Below, one piece after another: positions 33,372 through 43,400 of a stretch of 64,000 nucleotides of DNA. The notes under the pieces are model-generated. The model was not told the origin of the DNA and made no database searches. It saw only the letters and a list, made by a program, of their open reading frames with translations. Each line of letters opens with the position of its first letter. Position 1 is the first letter of the stretch. Source of the DNA: Epithemia pelagica (Eukaryota > Protista > Bacillariophyta); assembly GCA_946965045.2 (NCBI GenBank), contig OX337237.1, forward strand, positions 1,674,001 through 1,738,000, given 5' to 3'. The translations under genes and the position numbers were made by a program.

Positions 33372-34469
33372 ATGGACCTTCCAGTCAGAACGAGTACGGA
33401 AGAGAATGTTCGTAGTGGCATCTGCATGAGCTCGGGAAATGTACCTCATAGTCACGAAGCTACAGCGTCATACGCCAGTCACGCAGCTGCAGCCTACAGC
33501 AACCCTGACACTGGCAGCCTGGCCATGAACGCTAATCCTGGTTTCCCTTCATCTTTTTCATCACCCACATTGGAACAAAGAGGTTCCGACTTTTCAAACA
33601 ATGGTGGCGTGTTAGTGAACCTGGGACCACAATCATATGGGGATGCTCAACGAGGACCATCTGAAGCAGAGCCTACTAGCACGAGCGAATCCGAGCCTTC
33701 ATCAGGCTACTATAGCGCTCCTGCTGGACCTGGCAGCACTCCTTATTCGGCGTCTTTTGGAGGACCCTCAGGACCGTCCATGGGTTCTTCGATGCCAGCG
33801 CCATCTTCAGGGTACTATAGCGCTCCTGCTGGACATGGCAGCACTCCGTATTCGGCGTCTTTTGGAGGACCATCAGGACCATACATGGGTTCTGCGATGC
33901 CAGCGCCATCTTCAGGGTACTATAGCGCTCCTGCTGGACCTGGCAGCACTCCTTATTCGGCGTCTTTTGGAGGACCCTCAGGACCGTCCATGGGTTCTTC
34001 GATGCCAGCGCCATCTTCAGGGTACTATAGCGCTCCTGCTGGACATGGCAGCACTCCGTATTCGGCGTCTTTTGGAGGACCATCAGGACCATACATGGGT
34101 TCTGCGATGCCAGCGCCATCTTCAGGGTACTATAGCGCTCCTGCTGGACATGGCAGCACTCCTTATTCGGCGTCTTATGGAGGACCCGCTTTGCCATCAG
34201 CACCCTACATGGGTGCTGCGATGCCAGCACCATACGGAATGCCCACAACTGGTCCATATGCTCGACTCGCGACAGATGCTCTGGCGGAACCAGGGCCAGA
34301 TTCTCCAGATTGCTTAAAGGGTACTACAGCCGACGGCTACATCGTCGACTGTTACAATATATGCTGCCTGCCTCCCACACCCTCTCTGTTCGAAATGGCG
34401 AAAAGAAGGAAAGAGTTGAAGAAACAACGAGAAGAACAAAAATTGATGGAAGAAGAGGAGGAACAGTAG
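33372..34469 (+). CDS. Ser/Gly/Pro/Tyr-rich tandem-repeat protein
   Basis: 365-aa ORF with 5 copies of a 35-aa unit, then a Cys cluster and a charged tail. Repeat DNA also keeps other frames open, so the coding status is less certain. Confidence 0.5.
   Translation: MDLPVRTSTEENVRSGICMSSGNVPHSHEATASYASHAAAAYSNPDTGSLAMNANPGFPSSFSSPTLEQRGSDFSNNGGVLVNLGPQSYGDAQRGPSEAEPTSTSESEPSSGYYSAPAGPGSTPYSASFGGPSGPSMGSSMPAPSSGYYSAPAGHGSTPYSASFGGPSGPYMGSAMPAPSSGYYSAPAGPGSTPYSASFGGPSGPSMGSSMPAPSSGYYSAPAGHGSTPYSASFGGPSGPYMGSAMPAPSSGYYSAPAGHGSTPYSASYGGPALPSAPYMGAAMPAPYGMPTTGPYARLATDALAEPGPDSPDCLKGTTADGYIVDCYNICCLPPTPSLFEMAKRRKELKKQREEQKLMEEEEEQ
33696..34232. repeat. 105-bp tandem repeat, about 5 copies
   Basis: tatagcgctc recurs at 33711, 33816, 33921, 34026 and 34131. 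Confidence 0.95.
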
Positions 34470-34485
34470 CATTACCATGCAGAGG

Positions 34486-34700
34486 ACTCTCCCCCGACGA
34501 GCCTTTCTTCGATCGTTTCCTCCCCGTGGTTTGTTTTGCCACCAAATACGTAAAGGCTCCCATGGCGCTACTCGTAACATACTTGAACTCTCCACCGATG
34601 AGCCTTTCTTCGATCGTTTCCTCCCCGCGACTTGTTTTGCCACCAAATACGGTACATAAAGGCTCCCATGGCGCTACTCGTAACTCGTAACATACTTGAA
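34486..34700. repeat. 101-bp tandem duplication
   Basis: actctcc(c/a)ccga(c/t)gagcctttcttcgatcg... starts at 34486 and again at 34587; the second copy carries small insertions. Confidence 0.9.
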
Positions 34701-34967
34701 TAATCCTACCTAGGTTGGTACCAGGAAAAAGCATGTCTACAAGTAAATGTTTTCGTGGTCATCGAGTCATTAGAGGTACTACCTACTCATCTCATCCCCG
34801 TTCTTCAAATTCCTTGGAGTAGCTAGGAGTACCTACAATAGGTACGGAGTACGGATACTTCTCTGTTGTAGCTAAGGCGGAGTTTCACGGGTGACGAAAA
34901 TCAAGGCAAAAATCAACTTTCGACTTTCGATGTTGGGCCAACAGGTAATGAATAGGTTATGAGCAAC

Positions 34968-35051
34968 CTCGAAAGTTGAATGCTGATCTTGGCAGTGGCC
35001 CACTTTTTCAAAAAAGTGGGCCACTACGAAAATCAACATTCAACTTTCGAG
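34968..35051. repeat. 84-bp imperfect palindrome
   Basis: Perfect 14-bp core arms gtggcccacttttt/aaaaagtgggccac. The outer arms are ctcgaaagttgaatg and cattcaactttcgag. Confidence 0.9.
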
Positions 35052-35351
35052 ATTTGTTGTGGTCCGAGCTCCTGATCTGCGAAAACAACGCCTTTTTTCT
35101 CTTGCTAGATGGAACCGTGTGCGTCCAGCAACGAACCTACCAGCAACAAGGTTCCCCGTCGCAACACCGGGAGGACCACTTACGGGGTCCGGAAAAATGG
35201 TCGTCTGTGTGTGGCCGGAGGGCTGTTCGTTCCCCCGCGTCGAAATGGCGCCAGGGCAGTCGGTCGAGTATCCGGCCGTGGGGGACCCCGCGGTCGCGGG
35301 TCCTGCCCACGGTTACGGTGCCGCGGCAGCTGAAATAGATGTTCCCAGTTC

Positions 35352-37221
35352 CTAAGAATGCATTGCGGTTGTAACTACCGCCTTTACCCATCTGTCAAAT
35401 ACAGAGTCAGAGAAAACCTTTTCCCTCAAAACCACATCGTATGCACTTTTCACCATCGAAATGTCGTATTGTGCCCCAGGGGCGTTGTCGATTTCCATAG
35501 CGCCATGAGAAGCAGGAACAGGCTGCAATGGTTCCACGAGCTTCATATCGTCGTAATCAATGAGGCGGATCCGGTTGTCTTGTGTTGACCGAATAACGTT
35601 CTGTGGACGAAAATCAGTGTAGACAAGTCCATGGCTTGCCAACGATACCAAAGCATTTGCGAGGTCGCTGCTATCGTCGTCACTCATCTCTTCGTCGTCT
35701 CGCACCGTAGGACCTGCCACGAAATCCATCTTAACGGCAACCTGACAAGGGATCCAGAAACCGATGAGTGCGGTGCGTGAAAGGGGAAATGCTAGGGTGC
35801 AACACACGTTATCTCAATTGACTCACCTGGTATTCACCGTAAAGAAGAGTAGCTGATAACAATGCATGGGGCAGATTTTTACCTGCATTGTCAAGAAGAC
35901 CACGATAACGTTCGTAGACGCAAAAAATCCTCCGCCAATTATCTCCTCGAGCAACCCCATGCGCAGGGCAGAGATCCTTGCTGAACAGATCATAACGAAT
36001 AACTTTAAAAAAAGAGTCGTCCGTCCCCGCTGGTTCCAGAGTCCACTGTACTTTCTTTCCCACCACTTCGCAACATTTCAGTTGCGTATTCTTGAGATCC
36101 ACAACCGCCGTTTGTTCGTCTGCGTTATCTAGGATCTGTATGTATTCTTGGTACATTTCAGTACCAACGCTGCAGCCTCCTCCGTAGATCGAAAATAGGA
36201 GCACTCCCACCATTTCATAAGAAAAGACACAAACCACAGAACATGCAGATGACAAGAAACCGAGTCCCCATGGAGGTCTTTCGTAGAATCGCCACGACTG
36301 CGCTCCTTCTGCTTCGCGAAAATAGCTGGACTGAAAGTGACCGATGGACGTTTGCACGAGCTCTTCAATGGCCTGGCTTTGATATGTTTTCCATTCATCA
36401 CTCTTCGCTGGATGTCCCTCTAATCGGATTCCAGCAGACAACTCAGGCCTGGAATCAGGATCGGCGACGACGAGTTTAAGCTTCGGCCCATAATTTTCTG
36501 GTAAAACAGTTTTGGCACTGCCGTTGGCCGCCTTGGCTACCATAGAAGAAGGATGGCCAATAAGGGCCATAGGGTACGAACCATCGGTGAGAAATCCACC
36601 GAGATCAGTAATCCCTGACCGACGACAGAAGTTCATCAGTTCTGTCCCGCTTTTGAGAGGTTCAACCGATAGGGGTCTTTTGAAAAGCGAAAAATCCACT
36701 ATCAGTCCTTGTGTTACGCTCGATTCCGGGTCACTAAGCTTGACCTGTGAAATACTTTTGCCTTCCTTTTTCAGTGTCAAGCTTTCAACTCGTTCGACGA
36801 TGTTTGGCCCATTGTCTCCCATGTACTCATCCGGAATCGGAGCTTTAAGAATTTGGTGAAAACGCTCAAGGCATTCAAAAGCATACGGTGCGATGTCGCT
36901 GCGTCTACGCAATGGCTGGAGATAGTCTCTCATTCTTTCAAGACCAAAGTTCTTCAAGGATAAATACCTTCGGCATCCCGTTCCTTTCAACAACGTCAAC
37001 AGGTCATCGACAAGTTTGACATCGTGGGCATCATCGCAATCAAAACGGAGTAACTCAAGAACCTCTCTTTTCTCTACGTTTTTTCGTCGAACGAGAAGAG
37101 ACTTTAGCAGGACGAAGTTAATATCATCGTCCTCCATCTCGCCTGCAATCGATATCGTATCCGTACTTCTCTGTTGTAGGTTTGGTGGCGGTATGGACCA
37201 CGTCCCCACTCCCACTCCCAC
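35352..37221 (-). CDS. Atypical protein-kinase-like gene (2 exons) with an uncharacterised N-terminal region
   Basis: An intron (GTGAGT donor near 35829, TTGTCAG acceptor near 35748) joins LLYGEYQ to VAVKMDFV. Kinase-like motifs are LVYTDFRPQNV and IRLIDYD. The first ATG is MEDDDINF near 37137. Confidence 0.65.
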
Positions 37222-37299
37222 AGCATATCCAGGATGCAGAATGTCCGTTGGCGCCCGTCGTCCGTCGTGCCTTTCTGTTGTGTGGCCAACTGCCCCCCC

Positions 37300-37554
37300 T
37301 TACTGTGCTTAAGCTAATTTGGCGATTGCTGACAAGAAGATGAATGAACTGACACATGACTGACTCAGAGACCAAGAATCAAAGGACCAAGCCCAACCAG
37401 ATTCGTACGTATGTTGAATCAAGAAGATCTATCACCTTTGGTGATTTGGTTGGGATCGAATGTTGATCGGGTCACTGTCTTTCAGGTTGATTGTTGGTTG
37501 AGGTGCTATACGTTGCAGGTATTGTATCTCTCCTTGTGATCATCTGTTTTTGTT
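37300..37554 (+). repeat. Repeat A1 (255 bp)
   Basis: Identical by eye to 46110-46364. Confidence 0.95.
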
Positions 37555-37624
37555 CAGGTTGATTGTTGGTTGAGGTGCTATACGTTGCAGGTATTGTATC
37601 TCTCCTTGTGATCATCTGTTTTTG
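37481..37624 (+). repeat. 72-bp tandem duplication at the A1 end
   Basis: ttcaggttgattgttgg...tttttg occurs at 37481 and 37553; A2 has only one copy. Confidence 0.95.
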
Positions 37625-37657
37625 TTGCTTTTGTCGTTGCGCCCCGCCACTGCTCCC

Positions 37658-40495
37658 ATGTCTTCGTCCGGTTTCTCTGCTCGTGCGTCGCTTTATCGCG
37701 ATTTGCGTTCTGGTTCGCGTCCGCGTTCCGATTCCCCGGTGTCTTTTCCGCCTCCTGCTCCACCTGTGGGTCCGTCTCCTTCGGGCTCGCTTGCGGTGGC
37801 TTTCTCGGACTTAGGCTTGGGAGTGGGCGTTTCGACTGTGCAGGACTCGTCTGGGCTGGCCCCTGGCGCTCGCGCTGGTGGGTCTGCCTCGGATATGGGG
37901 GGGGATTTTGTGTCTATCCCTCCGGGCCGTTCTTTTGGTGACCAGTTCCTCGCGGACACTGGCGCCATCACGGACCCGGGGGCTAGTGTCGAGAGTCGCG
38001 AGTCTTTCTCCTACGGCGGAGGACTCTCTGACTCTGAGTTGCTCGCAGCGACTTTGCGTGCGGAAGCGCGTTATCCCGGTGATACGCGTGAGACTGCGGC
38101 TGCATTGAAGTCGGAGTCTGATCGCGAGCAATCGTCTTTGTTTCAGTCGATTGCTAAGCCGTCAACTGTGCGGGACAAGAGCCTGTTTGTGGACTACGGG
38201 ATTGCGAACTCCGCTACGGAGTCGCGTGGCGTCAAGTTTCAGTCGGACGTCAAGTCCAAACTAACGAATGGTGAGCCCCTCAATTCTAACCCGAGTGTTG
38301 TTGAGTTGCAGAATTCGGTTTCTTTAGTAGCGATAGATTTACAGACTGAAGTTTATTGTGGTGCGGTTGTGGGAGTAGCTGGAAAGTTTTGTTTGCACCC
38401 TGTGGGCAAATGCCCGAAGAAATCGCATCGCAAGGCCCCTTCGTTCCTTGGAAGTTTGAGCGAACAAGGGTTGAAGGAGTGCCTTTTCATTTGTGTCCCT
38501 GTTCCCAAGGGGAGCGCTCAGGGCACGCCGCCGACGTTGGCTTTTCAGGACCCGTTTCTTGATTCGAGTCGTCTCTCCCGTTCCAAGGTGCAAGAGATGA
38601 CGCAAACCCACAAGCCTGTCTGGCTGTGGTCATCCATGTTTGCTATGTTGAGTGGAGAGGTTCAAGGGAAGAATGTGGCCTCAATGTCCGGAGCCGGAGG
38701 ATCGTTTCCTGGCACGCCGTTGCGTCATCGGACTCTGGATCAGATTCAGGAAGATGCGACCCAGACGGCTTTTACGCCAGCTCGTCACCTGGAACTGGAA
38801 GACGTAGAGATACCATCTCCCGTGAGTGAAGGAAACGAACTTGAAGATGTAGACAGTAAGTTGGATGACACCACTTTCAAAGATCGAGTGGCTCACAACA
38901 CACTGGCCACGTCGCAAGTGCATCGAGCCATGGCGGGGGAACTTACTACCATGCGCTCTCGTCAAGTTGAGCAAAACCAAGTGCTTAACATGTTGGTTGA
39001 CAAGGTCAACGTCCTTAGTGGCCTCTTGGGAGCTCCACCGGATGACTCTGCAGCCACCACCGTCTGGCAAGCCATCAGTGAGTGGCAAGACCAAGAAGAA
39101 AAGAAAATCAATCCGGCGCTGCTCGACGCGATTCGCGAGACACAGTCTCTGCATGGGGCCAGTCTCCAACGCATGTACGAGTCGATTAACGCGTTGAGCT
39201 CGAAGATGCAAGATATGAAAACTGAGGCCCTCCACTCGTCAAGAAAGGAAGTCGTGGCATTGATCACGGCCGAAGTCAACAAGGCCATTTGGGCCGAATT
39301 ATCCAAGGCGTCTCCCACGTTGAAGGTTGCTGAGAAATTCTTTCTTCGCGGTGGATTGTCGGATTTCGAGCACCATATTCGAAAGACGACTGCGGATGCC
39401 GTCGCGGCCGCTGGGGGCAACAATGGGCAATCGTCACTGTTTAATTTGACTCAGCCAGAATTGGAAGATGTGAAAAAGCTTATTGCCAAGTTGCAAGAAG
39501 AAGGAGAACAGAATAAAATGAGGTTGATCGATTTGGAAGCGCGTACCGAAAGTTACTCTGTTGAAGTAGAGGGCTTTCAGTTCGCTTCATTGTCTCAAGT
39601 CACTGCTTTTGTGTCGTCCCATGGAATCGCTCCTGGTGTCTTAAAGTTCTGCGACGCCATCAGCCTTATGGAAAAATCGACCACGGGCTCTCAAAGCTAT
39701 GCCGAAAATGTGGACGCTCATTACCGCGGGCAACGCTCCAACATGGAGTCTCCAAGTGATCAAAAGGGTGTTTATTCGTTCCAACTGGTAGCGCCGACTG
39801 CGCTAGCCGGAACACCAGACCAAGCTCGGGTCAATCCAAGGAAGCTGTCCAAAATGGAGACATATCAAAAATTTAAGGGCTCAGGAGCCCGTGACGCAGG
39901 TGCAGCCAATACCATTCGAAAGATGATTGCGGATAAATGCCCTGCGTTGTTAGCGGAAGTTGAGAACTCGACGATGTCTCGAGACGCCAAAGTCATCGCA
40001 CGTTTTCTTCTCTCCGAATCCCGAAGTTTTCTCGACTCGTTGTTTATTTTCATGAAGGACCAGGTCGAGGACTATGGCTCGGACACCAACTTGTCCGAGG
40101 TCAGACGTTGGGACCTGGTCCAAAACATCACTCGAATCGTTTTCGAGGTCATCAGTCAGCCCCGAAGAACCTGTAGCGAGATCACTCTGAATCAGGCTAC
40201 ATCCCCGGAACGCGCACCGGAGCTTCTTTGGGCGGTGCTTCAAGCACATCGCTTGCAAAAGGAGTTTTTAGACCACAATTTTAAAAACCACCCAAAAGTT
40301 GGACCGATGCTGACACACTTCCTGCTCGATGTGGTCAGCTTCCACGACGACGTCAATCCCATTGTGGATGATGTGAAGAAGGCGCTGAATGATGCACAAC
40401 AAGCGAAGAGGAAGGTTGACGCAGTAGAAAGCCAGGTAAAGAATTTGCAATCGCGACTGCCGTCCAAGAAAACCAAACCGAATGAACAACAATGA
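37658..40495 (+). CDS. Gag-like ORF1 of element 1
   Basis: ATG at 37658. Cys/His knuckle CGAVVGVAGKFCLHPVGKCPKKSH, coiled coils, and a C-terminal FKNHP motif shared with element 2 ORF1. Confidence 0.75.
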   Translation: MSSSGFSARASLYRDLRSGSRPRSDSPVSFPPPAPPVGPSPSGSLAVAFSDLGLGVGVSTVQDSSGLAPGARAGGSASDMGGDFVSIPPGRSFGDQFLADTGAITDPGASVESRESFSYGGGLSDSELLAATLRAEARYPGDTRETAAALKSESDREQSSLFQSIAKPSTVRDKSLFVDYGIANSATESRGVKFQSDVKSKLTNGEPLNSNPSVVELQNSVSLVAIDLQTEVYCGAVVGVAGKFCLHPVGKCPKKSHRKAPSFLGSLSEQGLKECLFICVPVPKGSAQGTPPTLAFQDPFLDSSRLSRSKVQEMTQTHKPVWLWSSMFAMLSGEVQGKNVASMSGAGGSFPGTPLRHRTLDQIQEDATQTAFTPARHLELEDVEIPSPVSEGNELEDVDSKLDDTTFKDRVAHNTLATSQVHRAMAGELTTMRSRQVEQNQVLNMLVDKVNVLSGLLGAPPDDSAATTVWQAISEWQDQEEKKINPALLDAIRETQSLHGASLQRMYESINALSSKMQDMKTEALHSSRKEVVALITAEVNKAIWAELSKASPTLKVAEKFFLRGGLSDFEHHIRKTTADAVAAAGGNNGQSSLFNLTQPELEDVKKLIAKLQEEGEQNKMRLIDLEARTESYSVEVEGFQFASLSQVTAFVSSHGIAPGVLKFCDAISLMEKSTTGSQSYAENVDAHYRGQRSNMESPSDQKGVYSFQLVAPTALAGTPDQARVNPRKLSKMETYQKFKGSGARDAGAANTIRKMIADKCPALLAEVENSTMSRDAKVIARFLLSESRSFLDSLFIFMKDQVEDYGSDTNLSEVRRWDLVQNITRIVFEVISQPRRTCSEITLNQATSPERAPELLWAVLQAHRLQKEFLDHNFKNHPKVGPMLTHFLLDVVSFHDDVNPIVDDVKKALNDAQQAKRKVDAVESQVKNLQSRLPSKKTKPNEQQ

Positions 40496-43400
40496 GAAGT
40501 ACAGCGCCCATCCAAAAGATTAAAAAGGGAATCAAACACACAGGAGGAAAATCCTCTCACGGCTCTTCAAATTCAACGCAGTGAAAGCAGCAACGCCGAA
40601 ACTTACTCCTCGTGGATTCGACGCACAGTATCTTTAACACCGGGAGAGATGAGTTTGGGAGTGGTGTCAGATGGCATGCCTGCGTGGCTGTTTCTGTCTG
40701 ACAATTTGACAAACAGCAAACTCAAGTGGTTAATGTTGCCTGACAACCAACAACACTGGGAGAATTTGATACCGGTTGGACTTGAAGTTCATTGGTTGAC
40801 AGCAAGCGAAGAAAGTGAATGGAACCTGCGGTCTTTGGAAGAAGCGCTGGGACGATGCCCTGCAACCGACGTGTTGGTGTTTGAAGGGAAATACAGACCA
40901 CCCAGGGCAAGCTCCAACTTTTGGGACCGAGAAACAAGGTTGATTGTATCACAGCGGACACCAAGAGGCAAAGCACCGCCTGGATGGGACACCTCGTCTC
41001 GAGCTCTCAGTCACCATGAATTAGGGGGTGTGACCAATTGGAAGAGTTATTTTCATGTCTGGATGCGGTCGGCCGAATCATAATGCGACCCGAAGGAATT
41101 TTGGAACTCGGACTTATTGCATGGGGCCAATAGTTCTTTCGGGGATCTTATCGACAAGACAAAAACGGGAAAGCGAGTGCACCCTGATCGGGAAGAGGTT
41201 TCGATTCCCGGAACGGTGGATTGTGCTACAGTTCAAAGAAAACGAAGAAAGTTGTGGGTCTTACCCACAGTGTTTGGAGTCAACGCTGCCACCAGAAGGA
41301 AGTTGCTGGTTACAGAGGCTACTGCGTGCCTTGATGTGCCGGTCTCTTTGATCAAAGAATTGAATGAACCCACTCGGGAGGTTATTGTTCGTGAATTGTC
41401 CGGGCCTATCAAAGTGGCAGCGACAGTAGGAGCATGCATCGTCGAGTGGGCGAGAAAGAGTCGTAGACAAGAGAGAACAACGGAAGCAGGAGCAGCGTCT
41501 CCACAAAAAGAAGAAACAGAACTCATCCCTGATGAACCAAACGGTCGAGAAGCAAGATCGGTCTACCATCGAGATAGAATGCGAGGGTACCAACGATCTG
41601 CAAGTGAAGGCCAGGGCACTACCGCGGAGAAGGCAGTCAAACATGACAAAGCCGCCGTTCCGGTAGAATTATGGGACGATCGGGTTCGATATTTGTTGGG
41701 TCTGTCCAAATTGACGGATCGCCATCTGCGAGCTTTCGCGTTGTTACGACGAGCGATGTTGCAGCGATGGAGGCGCAACGTTGTTCGCTCGTGGGTTGAT
41801 TGGTGGAACAAATATAATCATAGAATAAAACATAATGAACCGCGATGGTGGAAGCTTTTGCAAGAGCGAGGTCGCCAAGCTTGTCGTCAAGCGATGCAGG
41901 CCGATTTTTGGAGTTGGCCAAATGGGTCAGGTGTATTCTTTTGGCGGTGGCCACAAGAATACATGCGTGATGTTGCCTTGGGAGTACCTCCTCTGTGGAC
42001 AGGTGTACCTCGGCAAGTGTTGGAACGACAACAAGGCCTTGGCGATGAAGAAATGATAAACAAAATAAAAGAGAAATTGGACGATGTTCGCCAGAAGAAA
42101 TATGTCAGCGAAGGAACCTGGAAGGCAACCATGAACTACTTTGCGGTGCCGAAAGGAGAGACGGACATAAGAATGGTGTATGATGGAACCAAGAGCGGTC
42201 TTAACGATTGCTTATACGCACCTTGGTTTCCTCTCCCAGATGCCGACGTCTTGATCCGTACCTTGGACGATTCCTACTGGTGTGTAGATAACGACTATGG
42301 AGAAATGTTCTTAAATTTCTGGATCCATCCGGAACTACAAGAGTTCAGCGGAATGGATCTCACACCACTATTTGGGGAAACCGATTCGGGGGAACTTCAT
42401 ATTGAGGGGTGGCTCCGTTGTCCTATGGGGCAGAGTCCGTCTCCTTTCAACACGGTACAGCAGACGCGGCGACTCAAGCGCGTTATGTTGGGTGACCCGA
42501 GTGACGAAGAAAACGTGTTTCGATGGAAGAAAGTACGATTGAATCTACCCGGAACGATGAGCTACCAACCCGGAATTCCCTGGATAGCCAAGTACAGATC
42601 CACGGGAGAGTTGGCAGCCGATGCCCATGATTATGTGGACGATCTACGAGGAACTGGTCCCACAGCCGAAGATGCCTGGCAAGTAAGTTCTAAGATTGCC
42701 AAAACAGCGTCGTTTCACGGCGTACAAGATGCGGCACGTAAACGACGAGAGCAGACACAGAGTCCGGGAGCATGGGCTGGAGTAGTCTGTGGTACCAGTC
42801 CTCGTCGTCCCTTCAAAGCTGTGACCCAAGAAAAATGGGACAAGACGAAGGGAGAAATAAAACGTCTACGCGATGAAGTGGACAACCTGGAGATGGCCGC
42901 TCCTAAAAACACTGTTAACAGCAAAGTCCTTGAACAGGTTGCAGGGTTTTTAAATCACATCGGCCGAGCTTATGGAACTCTACGGCTCTACCTCAATGGA
43001 GTATATGCATCCTTGAACAGTTGGAGGCCTGATCGAGACCACGAGGGATGGAAGATCGGCTCTGACACATTGCATTTGGAAGAGCCCTTGGGCCTGAAGA
43101 CGCCAGCCCGAGTTCGAATGGTGCCCCGAATGCGATTTGATGTCGAAGCTCTGGAGTTGTTGACCAGCAGCTCTACCCCTCCTCAGAGATTGTTGAGGCC
43201 TGACAAACAAGGCGCCGTTGCCCGGTATTACTTTGGTGATGCCTCGGGAGCTGGCTTTGGCATGTCAGGGTGGACACCGGGTGAAGACCAAATCGAGGTA
43301 GATTTCGGATCTTGGGATGCCAAAGCAATGGATTGGACTTCTTCCAACTTTCGTGAATTGGCCAACATTGTAATGAAGATCGAGCAAATGGCAAAAGAAG

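Noticed and set aside
33637-34317. Alternative-frame ORFs (226 aa plus strand, 193 aa minus strand) over the minisatellite
   Set aside because: They are open only because the 105-bp unit lacks stops in those frames.
33696-34700. CRISPR-like array
   Set aside because: The repeats are contiguous with no unique spacers, there are no cas genes, and the context is eukaryotic.
28177-41083. Alternative genetic code (TAA/TAG read as Gln) suggested by three in-frame stops
   Set aside because: UPF1, ASF1, the Mpv17 gene and the plastid protein end normally at TAA or TAG, so the stops are best read as mutations.
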